Source: Octopus bimaculoides
Lineage: Eukaryota
Length of the DNA: 64,000 nt
Direction of reading: 5' to 3'
Assembly: GCF_001194135.2 (NCBI RefSeq)
Contig: NC_068991.1
Coordinates: forward strand, 77,026,145 to 77,090,144
The notes under the pieces: generated by a model
What the model saw: only the letters and a program-made list of their open reading frames with translations
What the model was told of the DNA's origin: nothing
Databases searched by the model: none
Part shown: positions 13,091 to 27,731 of the stretch, piece after piece
Position numbering within the stretch: position 1 is the first letter of the stretch
How the letters are laid out: each line of letters begins with the position of its first letter
Position numbers and translations under genes: made by a program

Positions 13091-13418
13091 CTTTTAACCT
13101 GCATGTTTGTTACAGACACTTGCTGAGACACTCTCAGCTTTTTAGGATGTGTGAAGGATAAGAGATCTTAGAGTATGACTGAAAGCTTGGGGAAGTGACA
13201 GGGGCAGTGGTGTAATATAAGTTATGTAATACTACATAAATATTTTAATTAATAGGGTTTTTCTAAGGATGTGGGCAGTACTTGTCAACACGATCTTTTG
13301 GATTTCTCTGAGACATGGTTTTCCTGGGATCTTATCTAGATATTTCTGACATCCCTTTCTTATCATACCTAGGACACCCAAAATAACAGTAACAGTTATT
13401 TATCATTATTAATATTAT

Positions 13419-13645
13419 TAAGGCAATGAACTGGCAGAATTCTTAGCACCATGGGCGAAATGCTTAGTGGTATTTTGTCTGCTGCTATTTTCTGAGTTCA
13501 AATTCTGCTGAGGTCGACTTTGCCTTTTATCCTTTCGGGGCAAATAAATTAAGTACCAGTGAAACACTAGGGTTGATGTAATCGACTTGTCTCCCCACTC
13601 CCCCCATAAATTTCAGGTCTTATGCCTTTAGTAGTAAAGGATTAT
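13419..13645 (+). mobile_element. tRNA-derived SINE, family B, with (ATT)n tail
   Basis: CTGGCAGAAT..TTAGCAC..TTCTGAGTTCAAATTC..GAGGTCGACTTTGCCTTT..AAGTACCAGT body, shared with copies at 18400, 25815, 34128 and 45665. Confidence 0.8.
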
Positions 13646-13663
13646 TATTATTATTATTATTAA

Positions 13664-13724
<61 letters not shown>

Positions 13725-13769
13725 GTTGTTATTATGTGTCATTGTCATTAAAAAAAGCACCTGATACAC

Positions 13770-13935
13770 ACGGTAAAGTAATTGGTGTTAAGAAGGGCAT
13801 CAAGTTGTAGAAATCATGTCAAAGCTAACATTGTAACTTGGCACAGCTCTGCAGCTCATCAGATGCTGTCTGACAGACCACACCATGCCAGCATGGAAAA
13901 TGGATATTAAATGATGACGATGATGATGATGATAA
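13770..13935 (+). mobile_element. RTE-type 3' end / SINE, diverged
   Basis: AAGGGCATC..CATGCCAGCATGGAAAA..TTAAATGATGA tail. Confidence 0.7.
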
Positions 13936-14949
13936 TGATTATAAAGATAGTTTGTAGTTTCATGATGCTGATGCTCCTACTCAACAAGCTTCATTAACTG
14001 ACATGATAGTTTTGAATTTGTATATTTAGGATTTTGCAGAACAGATTTGGTTTGTCAGCAGAAGGAATGTAACAGCTGTGATGCATATGCAGCATCAAAG
14101 CAGTATTGCATATGGCTAGGATGCAACCAACAAAGTATTACTGTAACTGTCAATATTTCTTCATTTGCATGTTTCTAAATAAACAAACAAACAGAATACA
14201 AACACATACTAATTGTTGTTATGAATACATTAATGAAATTACTGGGAGAAATATAAAAATAGGAACAGATTTGAATATAAAGACACAATTTGCCATAATT
14301 ATCAAGTGATAATAATAATAATAAATAATAATTATAAAATGATAATAATGAGAAACCATTAAAAAAATATATATGAAGTATAGAGCATATATACAAAAAA
14401 AAAATGGAATCATCTAGCTAATGGAGCTGGGTCATAAAATGTCATCCAGTTAGCATCTAACTTGCCTTAACTGATAGCTTTTTTTCTTTGTTTTTTGATG
14501 GATCATTTGGCAGTTAGCTCCATTTAATTTGATATAATTCAAGGCTAGAATAACAAACCTGTGTGTGCATGTGTGTGTGTGTGTGTGTGTGTATGAGGAT
14601 ACAATACATGATCAAATACTGTTATATGTCATCTGAAGTAATTGTTAACAGTTAAATGATACCTTGCCAATGACTTCTTTCAAAGACAAGTTAATAAAGT
14701 AAGTTGTCCAAGGGCACATGGCAATACATCAGAGTCTGAACATGCTGTTTACTGATTCTTGAGTTCATCTTGGTAGTGTCTCTGTGCTAAAGGTTGTCAC
14801 TTGTGCTTTTTACACTCTTGTCCCTTTTCCTCAAGAGCCATGTTATTGAAGTCTGCTTGACTTAAGAGTAATTTCTATACTGAAGAAGGTAAATGGTATT
14901 GAGTCTTAGGATACATTTTAGAATATAACTAAAAGAAATTGATTGATAA

Positions 14950-15056
14950 ATACGAGGATTGAAACTGAACTGCTAAGTTACAGGGATGTTAACACACCTG
15001 CACCACTCAAGCAGTGTAGGGAGGACAGACAAACAGAAAGTCTCACACATAAGCAG

Positions 15057-15141
<85 letters not shown>

Positions 15142-15258
15142 CATACATATATATATATATATATATACACACACACTTGCGCAAAGTACCATGTAGAGGG
15201 ACTGAACCTAGAACCATGTGGTTGAGAAGCAAACTTCTTACCACAAAGCCACACCTGC
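14950..15258 (-). mobile_element. SINE family A, internally deleted, with long (TA)n
   Basis: Head (GTGGTAAGAAGTTTGCTTCTCAACCACATGGTTCTAGGTTCAGTCCC) plus part of the second half. Confidence 0.7.
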
Positions 15259-15729
15259 ACACACACACACACGGTATCCAAATAAGATGAAATTAATCCA
15301 ATACTGAGCCTCTAGAAATTTGGCAAGGATGTCATTTGACATTCACTACTTAATTAAAGTTAAGTTTTATTGGTCATTATTGTTACACTGAGGTGGACTA
15401 GTAATTTGAATGAAGGATGTATCAAATCAAATGAATTCCTTCAGCAGAGCTGAATAATGAAACATTAGAAGTTGTTAAGGCTGTGTTAGTGAGGCACATA
15501 TAATATCAGTAGAGCCACAGGTTTTTCACAAACGAATGTTCATCAAATTTCAGAACAATTAATAAATAATGACATATAGGAAAAGAAAAAGAAAATGAAG
15601 AAGACTTCTAACAATGCAGAAAGTCTACCAAAAACCTTTATGTTTCAGGTGCTAAGGTCCATCCTCAGAAGGAAGTAGTCCAAGAAACTGCTCAGCATTT
15701 GGGTTAGCAGCAGTAGCAGCAACTCTCCA

Positions 15730-16590
15730 GCTGTTGTTGGTGGTGGAGACTTGTTTTTACATGATGGTGGTGGAAGTTGGTGTTGATGGCATGTGTTATG
15801 ATGTTTGTTGCACTCACTGTGATGTTTTCGTAGGAGCCAGGCTAGCCCATCTCCAATTGACTGTTAATTTTTGGGTTGAGGTGGTGGACCAATATAGCTT
15901 CCTTGCTGTGAAGCTGTGTTCCTCCCCAAGGCCAGTATGGAGACATCTGTCTCTTTAGTCATGTTGCCACATTTGGTTAGGTGTTTGTGGAAGGCAGATG
16001 TGTTGGCCGTGAGGTGCTCTTTTATACAGACATGAAGTGGTCAGGCTGTGCTATTGCTGCATTTGGAGTACCACATCTGGTATACCATGTATGTATGTAG
16101 ACACATGTTAGTGTTGTGAATAGGTCAGTTTGCCAGTGTGCAGTGCTGTTGTTCTGCTTGTGACCACCTCATTGATAGGTGTTTACGTAGGGACAGTCTT
16201 GAATGGTCCTGTAGGATGTTGAAATCTTCCCTGCAGATGGCCTTGTAAATGGTGGAGGTGGTTTTCTCATTAAAGTGGAGAATCTTCAAGAAGCAGGTCT
16301 TAGAAAGATCCTTCTTGCCATATTTATTTGGCTTGTGTTTGCATATGGAGTTAACAATGGATGTTGGGTGTCTGTTGGTCTCAAGTACCTTTAGGAACTG
16401 AGCAACATGTGCATCCAACTGATGTTGTTACTGCATCTCTTGTGTATCTGGGTGATCTTGTTATGTACGCACCTCATCTTAGCCCTGATGGCAGGGGAGG
16501 CAGCTTGTAATGGATGAAGAAGTCCCTGCAAGCCGATTTTCAGTAGAATGCCATGCCAGTTTCCCCCTCGTCAGTGATGTTTAGTTGAAA
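15730..16590 (-). mobile_element. Second Penelope-like remnant (RT C-terminus plus GIY-YIG)
   Basis: FLKVLETNRHPTSIV segment, and a VYQ..C....T..PLHVCIKEHL-type endonuclease motif near 16000-16090. Heavily decayed. Confidence 0.6.
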
Positions 16591-17980
16591 GTCAAGCGAA
16601 GAGAGGAAACCAAATTAAAGAAAAGAGGAATAAAAATAATGAAAAGAAATATAGTCCTTGAAAGAAAAAGGAAAAAGTCGGAGAAATTTAGCAAACAACT
16701 CAACTCACTGATCTTTTATTTTAAACTATCTTTGCAATCCATATTGAGAAGGCATGGAATGGATGAAGAAACTGTATTGAATGCTCGATAAGAGGAACCC
16801 AGTTAATGATAGATTTAACACATTTTCGTTGTTGATGTTGTCAGCCACCACTATAAAATGATCACTTGTATATGGTATTGGACCACTTGCTGAAAAATCT
16901 TTATTGTCTGCTATTTATGTAGTTGGCAATACATTCTGTTCTGTATTCTTTAATTCACCTAGCCAATGGAAATAAATAGCAGATTATCTGGCAATGTTGT
17001 TCAAGGTCAAAATCTTATCTAGAAATATGTCATTTGCTTAATAGCATAAAATTAAAGCAAATCGTTGGTTTTGCTTCTTAGGAGACATTTGTATTTTTGT
17101 TGTCTCTCCGAACAGGAAGCTTTTATCAGTGATCCCCAATTTATCTAGCTTCTCAGGAATATCTATTTACACATTTGACAAAATTAATCTGTTAACCTCT
17201 AGCATCTTATCCCAGAAAAGAGCCATTTTTCTAGAAACCAAATTATATACTGATTCTTTGTGGTTCCTGAGGTTCTTGAAAGGATTAATTGCCACTTAAT
17301 TTTATCAATGGTAAAAGGGTGAAAGATAGCTCCTGTAGGAATTGAATGACAAAGCACCAGTAATGAAACAATAGAATATTTGGGCTGTGCTATACTATCT
17401 CAGCCATCTCTAGCTTTTGCTTATGAATAAATTATGGTAAGTATGGATGAAGTATTCTGCATTTAGTATCTGTTTAGTATCTGCTGCATTGTGACGCTAG
17501 TGTAAGTTTCAATGAGTCATACTAGCTGTTATGTATGTAACTATTATTGGAATAGCATATTAATCAATTTTTTTTTTTTTTCAATATATAGAAATACATA
17601 TATGCACTTAAGTGTGTGTGTGTGTGTGTGTAGATTTGTTTTCCTGTTCATTCATTATTTTGTCTCTCAGTGTCAATATGTTAATTTCTGATTTAATTTA
17701 TGCATACTTGTGTATGTGTGTATTCATTCAGTTGTTCATTTAATGTGCAATTTTCCATGCTACCAAGGGTTGGGTGGGGATTTATATGAAACAAAATTTT
17801 ACAGCTAGATGTTCTTTCTGTTGCCAACCTTTACCTGTTTTTCAGGTAAAGGATTTAGATTTATTCCAATAGTCTCTTTAAAATAGAGAACAACTGGTTG
17901 TCATGCCAACAAAAAAAAGTAAAAATGAGATCAGTTTCAGTCGTATAGTGACAAGTAAAGTCATAGAGTGTAGCATGCAT

Positions 17981-17984
<4 letters not shown>

Positions 17985-18028
<44 letters not shown>

Positions 18029-18620
18029 AGCTTCCACACAGTTTTTGCCTGCTAATACCACTCCCAAGGCATTGGTTGGCCAGGGGTTATAGTAGAAAAC
18101 ACTCGCAAGAACTACTGCACTCTGAGATTGAACCTAAAAAAACCATGTGGCTGCAAAGTGAATTCTTCAGCTGCACAGCCATGACTTTGTTTTACGTATA
18201 TATCTGAACTGGTGGCACATAAACTGCTTAGTGACATTTCATCTGTCTTTATGAGTTCAAATCCCACTGAGGTCAACTTTGCCTTTCATCCATTTGGGGG
18301 TCAATAAAATAAGTACTAGTTGAGCACTGGAGGTGATGTAATCCATTTATCCTCTCCTCCAAAATTGCTGGCCTTGTGAGAAAATTTGAAGCCATTATTA
18401 AGGCTGTAGGCTGGCAGAATCATTAGCACGCTGGACAAAATGCTTAGTGCCATTTCATCCGTCCTTACATTCTGAGTTCAAATTCCACCAAGGTCAACTT
18501 TATCTTTCCTCCTTTCAGGGTCGATAAATTAAGTACCAGTGAAACACTGGGGTTTTTGTAATTGACTAGTCCCCTCCCCCAAACTTTCAGGCCTTGTGTC
18601 TGTAGTAGAAAGGATTATTA
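17985..18620. mobile_element. Cluster of SINEs: family A (-) then two tandem family B copies (+)
   Basis: Family A head at 17985-18185. Family B bodies at about 18225-18398 and 18400-18620. Confidence 0.75.
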
Positions 18621-21600
18621 TTATTATTGTTGTTGTTGTTATCTCCTTGCAGCACTGCATTTTGACATTGATCAAGATATTTAAGATTATTTGGTATAGC
18701 TATATATATATGTGCTCACCGTGTTTTACTCTTGATCACATGAGGAATGTGTAAGATAACTGCAGCCTTTTTGTTTACCCATTTAATGACATTCAGAGAT
18801 AAAATGTTTAAATAAATTTTGAAAATTAATCAAGAATTTGAAAGGATTTAGAAAATACCAAACTTTTTGTTATTAAGCTGGTTATCGAAACACAACTTAA
18901 TGAAAGTCTTATATGAAATTGTAGTGAGTTTTTAAAAATATTAAAACTTCAAAATGAGCAGAATCCGAGTTAGTCATAAGCAGGTTGGCATCAACAGAGT
19001 TAATAACCTTTCTTCCTAGCGTTAATGCTATGAAAATGTATACCATACCATATATATATGAGCCTTTTACTTACACACTCATCTGCAACATATATCACTC
19101 CTCCCGTTGCTTTGTTGCATGCAAGGCCTTGACACAACCAAAAGCAAAAGAATATTTTCTCACCATTGCTTTTTAAAAATTTTTTATTTTGGTTATACAA
19201 CAACATACTCTCTTGTATATTGTATATTTTTCACAGGAAAAGGTGAGGTTAATGAAACATTTGTCAATATTAGTGCTACAGTCACTTTCCATAATGAATT
19301 ATACTTCTCTGTGATATGTACCTAGAGTTAGAGAACTTAGTCAATGAGAACAGAATGTTTTAACCATGGGTATGATGTAGTGCAGAGCATGAGGTATGAA
19401 CTTTGTGTGCAGAAGATTGATTCTTTATTTGAGACTGCATTTGCCCTCTCATTCTTTCTCTATACATGTCATGCACTGTGGATTAAAAATACATGATGCT
19501 GTACGATCTCTGTCAGCAACACTTCAACAGTGGCAGGGAATTGATTTGAAGATGGTAAGGGATTTATTAAGAGAAATTTAGTTGCTACATTAAGTAGATC
19601 AAACAGCTACATAGAAGCTCCTTCTTGTCTCAAAGGCTGTTTGTAATGTTAATGATTGGCTGTGGAGAGATTCAGAAGCAGGAAAGCAGATGAGTGGCAT
19701 GAAGCGGAGGTGGGAAAGAACCAATGTGAGGTTAGGGGCTTTTAGCAACTTTTGAAGAACAGAATACAGTGTTGCAGAGGTTGAATTAGCATAAAGGACT
19801 ATAATTCCATAGACAGTGAGTCACTCTTTTAAAATATCCTAATAGATATTTTATCATACCATTGAACAAAGAATTATTTACTCTACATGTATAAACATCA
19901 CTTAGTTGGTAAATAGTTAAAGTATGCAGCAGTCCACAAGAATAGAAAGCAGTAACACATAATGGTAAATTTTTTGGATATGATCCAGACTTGATTGAAT
20001 AATTGATGTCTAAATTGGTGGCCTATACTTCTGAGTCTGAACACTGCTTTCATACATCCCAGGGGGTCAATAAAACAAGAAACAACAGTTTTGACCATAT
20101 TTGGCTGAATTTGTTTTGCATCGCACTCAAGTGTTCAATTAAATACTTCTGTTAGATAAATATATTCGACCAAATTAAATGGCACTTCAAAATGAGTAAA
20201 TCAATAATGCGAATACTCTGACCAACAACAACAATAACAAAAAGGAAGATCAAACCAATGAGGTTGCACAATCTGTTAGAAATAGCAGCTAAATCTCTCT
20301 TAAATTACACTTATATTTTTTAACAGGGAAAAAAACATTAAATAATGCAGACCTAGACACCTTTAGAATAATGAGATGGTTTGTGGCTGGAATGCTTTCC
20401 ATCATAAACCTGCTTGGTCAAAGTAACACAATCATTTCTTTTCATTATTACCACAAACACATTTTTATTGTTACCACTTCACATTTTGAAAAAAGCTGTT
20501 AAATCTTCTTTCACTGTTTCCTGACCATAATTAAAATTAGGACAAAAAAAAAATCAACAAAACATGACCCCAAATCATCAAAACACTATGTCTAATACAT
20601 AAATGAGGTGATTACAGCGTAAATCCCACAAGATATATTTTCTGCCAACACCATCACCAAATAGAACTGCACTATCCCAGTGTAGTCAAAGCCAGATTGA
20701 TCTAACAGCAAGAGTAGCATATGTTACAAGTTTGGCATTTTCAAGGGCCCTGCGATAGATGCTTGCAAGCTATTAATTCCAATTCAGTGATTTTGTATAT
20801 GCTCTATTACTATAGTACTACACTGCCTTCAACTTTCATGAATGAATGGGTGTTTAAGGTTGATGCAATCCTCAGAATACTTTGGGGATGTAATACACTT
20901 TAAATCAAATAAATTGCAACAATCAAAATGAATGGCAATGGTAAGTGGCAGAGTTACTTCATATTTGTTAAATGGTAATTAATAGACTTGTCATTTTGCT
21001 TCTTTATTTCGATGTATTAAACTCATCATACAGTAATTGGGCTTAATTATTATTTTTCTCATAAATAAGATTAGTTGAATGAATCAGATTATTACTAAAA
21101 TATTGTAGGCAATGAAATGCTAATCATTCCCATTAGCTCAATTCATTAGGTACGAAGCATTTTGTTGTATATAGTTTCTACTTTAACCTTATACTGTTTA
21201 GCAAAACCATAAGACAAGTAACAAAAGTTTATATTAATAAAACCGCATTTTTGAAAACAAAAATTTATATCATATAAGGGTTGTGTATTGGGAATATTTA
21301 AACTGTGTGTCTTAGATGTTTATGTAACAATAGCATATGTTAGTGAATTCATATAATGGTTGTAGCATTTAAGCTTTATATTTTTATGTCTGGTTTGGTT
21401 TGAAATGAAATCAGGGTCTGTAGAGGATGCTTCCAACTATTCACAATCGCTGTGGGGTAATTTTCCTTAACATCAACATACAAAAATGAATTGATTGTAA
21501 ATGAGGGCTTGTAGGTTTTTAGCATATTTGGAGTGTTGGTAGATACTAGATGTTCATTAGCAAAGGCCATTCCACTTAGATGGCCTGTTCAAACATCATA

Positions 21601-21866
21601 CATTTTGGAATCTTTGAGGAATAGGAGTAAAATACAAGTGAAATCCATGGCAAGGAACAGAATGCTGACACAACTTATTGTGTCTAAACTGTTCTCTTCC
21701 ACAGTTAACCTTTCACATGTCTGAAACATGTTGGCTAGTAAGTAAATAACGTTAGGTAAAATAATATATAATGCAAGTCTTCTATTGATTTTGGTTGCCT
21801 CCTCTCCTTTGCACCAGTTTATCTCTCTCTCTCTCTCTCTCTCTCTTCTCCCCCTCGCCCTCACTC

Positions 21867-21922
<56 letters not shown>

Positions 21923-21975
21923 CCATTCAAAAATTATAAGTTGACTCTCCACTAAAGTGCACATTTAACAAACAC

Positions 21976-22960
21976 CAGTGGCAACTAGGTTTATTCCCAC
22001 TCTCTTTGCTAATTGATCCATATGCTGATTGATCAAATGTGCAGTTGGGTGCATAAAAATGATAATTCAATAAAATATCTGCGTTTTGTTTTGAATAAAC
22101 TCAAAGTATAGCAAGCCAGAATTATTCGGTAGCACCCCTCTAACTGCTCAAAAAGCAAAAGAAGCCTCTTCTGTTTCCCATGTAAGGTTTTGCTTTCAGG
22201 ATATTTATTAAAGTTAAGTGGAATGTTGTTCAATAACTGGAATCTATTTGGTAGATGTGAAGAAAGTTCCTCACATAAAGGAGCTTCACTGTTGCTGGTC
22301 AATCTGTCAGCTCCTTACATATGTAAGAAATGGAGGCTTCTTCAGTCTTGGTACACATTTCTTGAAGTTATAAAGGTTTTGGATGAATGAAGCCTTTCAT
22401 TTTATTTTGGAGAATTACTATTGAAGAATTACTGGCCAAGCATGATCTGTTTCTGACAAAGTGCACGAAATACTCATACTCATAAAAAAACCCAAATATA
22501 ATGGACACAAATCTTACCAATTTAAAACAATGCATAAAGAATTCCTCAACTTGACAGATTCAGCATAGTGGAACAGATAATTTGTGATATGAAGAAATAT
22601 GTTATTTTGCTTTGTTGGTTTCTATTGTAGCAAAAATATGAGCCATCTGTCTGACTCCACATTATGTTGTTATTTAGGCCAGTTGAAAGATTTGTAAAGA
22701 TTTTGGATATGGAAAGTTCATAGTACTGAATGGCTCACTCAGTGTTAATTTGACTTTTAAAGGATAAATGGCATTTATATAAAAACTACTGTGGTCAAAG
22801 TTCTGATGATATCAGCAACAGAAATCACATGTAATGGCTTTGAAGGAAGAATTAAAATGTTGAATGAGCTTGCAGATTATGTTCCATGTTTGGTACATTT
22901 GGTACATTTATTAAATGTTGTCAAAAAGCATTAAATTTTTAAAAATTTGTATGAACTCTG
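21976..22960 (+). mobile_element. Decayed hAT transposase (ZMYM1/TTF-finger type)
   Basis: Ordered motifs: SKSKRSLFCFPCK (TTF finger), NNW..EESSSHK, ELLAKHD, VERFV, CGQSSDD (GQxYD) and YVPC..H.LN. A possible TIR start CAGTGGCAACTAGG lies at about 21976. Confidence 0.75.
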
Positions 22961-23695
22961 TACACATTCGACCAGCACTTCTTTATAATCTTCTGGCCAA
23001 GATTGAACCCAGTCCTGTTCCCTTTATGAATCTTTGCATAGAGGTATTTGTTATGCAGTTTTATGTTTCAGCCGTTGAGTAAAATGACAGATCTGACTGA
23101 GTGTGAAGTTTATCCTTTTCTACTCTAGGCACAAGGCCCGAAACTAATTGCAGACTAGGGTGGTGGATAGCAATTTTGGTTGAGTCTCTTTATTTTCTGT
23201 GTGCCTACCTTGCAAGGTTTTACTGTTTTTCATTCACCTAGGTCAATAAAATAAACATCAGGCAAATATCCTGTCCCAAAATGTGTAGCCTTGTACCAAA
23301 GTTAAAACTCATTATTTATTGAGATGAATGAATACTGCAATATAGAAAGGTACTTTTATTTCAGATAGGTTAATTGAGACAAGAAGATCAACAGACTTAA
23401 CCTAATGTTAAATCTACCAGTCTCTTTACAATTTTGTCAGCCAATACTTCTGCAAGGGTTTGAAAATATAGTTAAGTTCAGCTTAATCAATATCTTAATT
23501 ACTCAATAGCCAATACAATATCTGAAAAATTAATCAAGAAAATTAATCCCTACGATCATTATAATATAATGTAAAGGGGCAATTTATCTATCAGAAAAAT
23601 CTCCACAGACTGCAAAACATTGGTATAGAATTTAATTTTGTGAAAATCAATTTTTGTCAATGATTCCCATAATTTTTACACACACACACACACGC

Positions 23696-23751
<56 letters not shown>

Positions 23752-25733
23752 ATCCAATCAGTGGTTCCCATAATTTTTACACACACACAATCATACATGT
23801 GCACATGAATATAGACACACACACTTGTGTGGGTATACATTTATATATCTGTGTAGTATTTTGGTCATGGGCTTTTTCATACAGTTTGGTAGTTTTTCAA
23901 AATAAATGACTTGAATTAATTCTATATGTTCAAGGATGACTAATTGAAATTGAAATGATTTATTATTATATTGATTAAAAATTGCTTTTGTGTGTTTTTG
24001 TTTTCTCTATAGTTTGTGAAATGAATAATAACCTGTAAAGTGATGCTTTAACTGCAGTTTATATTTTGTTAAGGATTTATGTTTTGGGGGAAAGGGTTGG
24101 GGCATAAAATACTCAACACATGTATATATTATTATCTTTGATATGGCTGTTTACATATTTGTAAGATTAAAAAAGGATTGTCTATGGATGAAAGTTGATA
24201 AATTTGCCATAAAACATGAATAGTGTGATATATGCATATAACACATTTTTGCAAGTGTTTAATAGTTTTAGGTTTGCACTTATTTTCAGCAAGTAAGTAT
24301 ATTTATCGAAGAATATAGATATACTGACAGCAAATAAGTTTTATAATTTATCACTGTGTTTTATTATATTTACATAATTGATGTAATTTAGCCATTTTGT
24401 TTATGCACTAAATCTTCTATATCTTCTATATGGAATACTTGGTGTACCAGCAAGAATTTGATATAGAAAATATAGAGAGATAGAAGATCTGAGAGTAGGT
24501 CTGCCATAAAACTTTTTGTCATAGTTTATCTATACAGAACTGATATGATTGTCATTTTGTGACATTTGTTAGAATCCTGGTCCAGAAATCTACAATTCTG
24601 AAAATAATAAAATAGATTTGCTGTTTTAGATTTGACCTTCTTTTCCCGAGCTTCTAGAGATGACATATAGTTGAAAAATACATTCTACAATTATGTTTGG
24701 TTACCACTGATTTGTAAGCTGGGTCAAGCTTTGAAAATTGATTTATAAAGTCTTTTCTCGCAGAACAATTCCTTGAAAATAGGGTCAATTTTTGTGGTTT
24801 CACATAAAACTAATGGAATAAGTTTTTTTATATTTTATAAAAGTAAGTGATCAACAACACTATTTAACTCAACACAATAGAATAAAACAATTTCCAAATG
24901 GAGTTACATTTCATTGTTTCACTAGCTAAACATGTAAACATGTATAAATTGTATCAGTGCCAAGACCATGTGTGGCTTGTTTGCTTGGGTTTTTATATGT
25001 GTTACAAGTTGTTTAAATGAGGATTTATGTTTTCCCTAAGTTTTTTTTCTTTTATTTTATTCTTGGTTAGGCAGATATTTTTTAGTGTTACAGCTATTTT
25101 ACTAGAAAAGCCATGTTTGTGATATGTATATTTATCAATTTTATCTAACCCATGCTGGCATGTAAAACTGGATGTAAAATGAATGAAAAAACAAAAAGTT
25201 TCAAAATTAAGAGTTTGATTTATCTTTATTATGAATAATTTGATTTGTAGATGTTCTTAAGTTAATATAGAAAAGATTTTCTGTACTCCACATAGATTTA
25301 AATTTAGCTTTTTGTCAAATCTAGTTGGTCATTGATATATAATGAAAAAGGTGGCAGCCTTTAAGGTTTAGATTACATAATGAAACCAAAAAAAGATGCT
25401 TTTACTTTGAAACATTGATACCTGTGTTTTAATATGAACCTCCAGAAGCCCTCGTTATACTTTATTAGTCTTCTTATTATCTCATAAGTAGTAAGCTTTA
25501 AATATTAGTGTTCCATTTGAATTAAAATCCATCATCAAAATTCCCTCATGAAAACAGAATTTTGTTATCTGGTAAAAATGGAAAAAAATATGATAGTGTG
25601 GATCAGTGGTCCAATAATTGCGATTGTTGCATCAACAGTAATATAGCTATCTGTGTATCATACTTAATGCAAATACACAACAATAGCAAATTAACTGAGC
25701 TATTTATCTGGAGATAATCTCTAATTGACTTAC

Positions 25734-25772
25734 TGCGTTTAAAACCAGTGAGTATATGCTACTGACAAAATC
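25734..25772 (-). CDS. Candidate 39-nt exon (phase 0-0)
   Basis: ttttttgcctcttag|GAT..GCA|gtaagt. Only one frame is open: DFVSSIYSLVLNA. Confidence 0.55.
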
Positions 25773-25814
25773 CTAAGAGGCAAAAAATGTGCATCTAGCA
25801 TTCTCAGCCCTGCT

Positions 25815-26015
25815 GCTGGGGAAATTTTAGCATGCCAGGCTAAATGTTTAGTGGAATTTCATTTGTTTTTACATTCTGAGTTCAAATTCTGCCAAGGGTG
25901 ACTTAGCCTTTCATCCTTTCAGAGTCAATAAAATAAACACCAGTTGAGCACTGGGGTGGATGTAGTTGACTTAACCCTGAAATTGCTGGCCTTGTGCCAT
26001 GATTTGAAACCAATA
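25815..26015 (+). mobile_element. SINE family B
   Basis: Shared body and GAAATTGCTGGCCTTGTGCC..TTTGAAACCAAT end. Confidence 0.75.
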
Positions 26016-26288
26016 TCCAATGTATTTGATGAATGATGTGAGATAATTATCTTTGTTTGACCTCAGTCAGTATAAGTTTTGGGTAGATTATCTGAAGGTA
26101 TATGTTTGGTGTGATATTTCAGATTTTAAGATACATCAGGTCCTATCAATTTGCATTGGTAGGATGTAAACTGGTCTGTGGATCAAGAATTCAAATTTAT
26201 GACTTTGGCCAGAGTTTCTATTACACAAATATAACTTTCATTTACTTAGAAAAAAATAAATTCATTTTGAATTCATTGACAATTTTGA

Positions 26289-26695
26289 CATAGGCGCAGG
26301 AGTGGCTGTGTGGAAAGTAGCTTGCTTACCAACCACATGGTTCCGGGTTCAGTCCCACTGCGTGGCACCTTGGGCAAGTGTCTTCTACTATAGCCTCGGG
26401 CCGACCAAAGCCTTGTGAGTGGATTTGGTAGACGGAAACTGAAAGAAGCCCGTCGTATATATGTATATATATGTGTGTGTGTTTGTGTGTCTGTGTTTGT
26501 CCTCCTAGCATTGCTTGACAACCGATGCTGGTGTGTTTATGTCCCCGTCACTTAGCGGTTCGGCAAAAAGAGACCGATAGAATAAGTACTAGGCTTACAA
26601 AGAATAAGTCCCGGAGTCGATTTGCTCGACTAAAGGCGGTGCTCCAGCATGGCCGCAGTCAAATGACTGAAACAAGTAAAAGAGTAAAAGAGTAA
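26289..26695 (+). mobile_element. Full-length young SINE family A
   Basis: tRNA-like head, internal TA/TG tract, second half and (GAGTAAAA)n tail. Nearly identical to 60976-61430. Confidence 0.9.
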
Positions 26696-26795
26696 TTATT
26701 TGTTAATTCTTTATTTTGATTCATTGAAATGCTCTTCATTTTGTTTCCCTTTTGTATAAGGCGGACAGTGACTAACAATTCACTATGTGCATGTG

Positions 26796-26841
<46 letters not shown>

Positions 26842-27009
26842 ACACTTACATACATATATGCATTCGCACACAAACACACACACATACATACATTTGCATG
26901 TGCAGGCATAGAATAAAGAGACAACAGGAAATAGATATATAGATAATATATAGATAAGTAGGTAAGGCAGACAGTATTCCCACAAGATTAGTGCTTATTA
27001 TTTATGGGA

Positions 27010-27190
27010 TGGGCAAACTGGACAGTTGCCCAGGAGTACCACAAGTCTACGGAGTCAGTGCCAATCATCTGCATATGGTAAGGTTTGCCATCAATAAATA
27101 TTATAGACACTAGTGTATTACTTTTACAGGGAGCTAATAATACTGTTAATATGATCTTGTATATAGGATTGGCATGGACAGAATACATTT
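27010..27190 (-). mobile_element. Small decayed LINE RT fragment
   Basis: CILS..ILY followed by YADD(L)AL across a frameshift. Confidence 0.35.
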
Positions 27191-27700
27191 GTATTATTTC
27201 CTTTTGTAGTCAGTTAATGGACCTGAAGTAAAACTTTAAGAAATAAAGAAAAAGCTCTCCAGTTATGATAAGTTAAGCTGTGTGTTTGAAATAATGAATT
27301 TATGCTCAATTACTATGATTCTTATTCACCGTTTGGGATGAGAAAGACAGTAGCAAAAAGAGAAAAAGAGCTAGTTAAAAACAAAATTTGCTATCTTATC
27401 AATGCATTATTTGTTGTGTGTGTGTGTGTCTGATTGAGGGAAAGATACTCAGTTAAGTCTTATGGTAAGCAGAGCTTTAGTATTATAATTATGTTTAAAC
27501 TTATACCCAATAATTGCTGCTTTTGTTTATGTAACTAAATATTTTGAGAAGTATGTGTTCTTTAAAGAGCAAGCAAAAATGGCTAAGTCAGGTTCTTCAA
27601 ATTCAGTCAATTAGCAGTACTGTTAAAGTATGTGAACCTTTACAACAGTTCTGCATTTGACATAATCAATTTATTGTCTGAATGCAAAAAAAAAAAAAGA

Positions 27701-27731
<31 letters not shown>

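Noticed and set aside
26985-27070. Plus-strand exon-like segment ending ATG|gtaagg
   Set aside because: The acceptor is poor, and the minus strand explains it better as a decayed RT (YADD).
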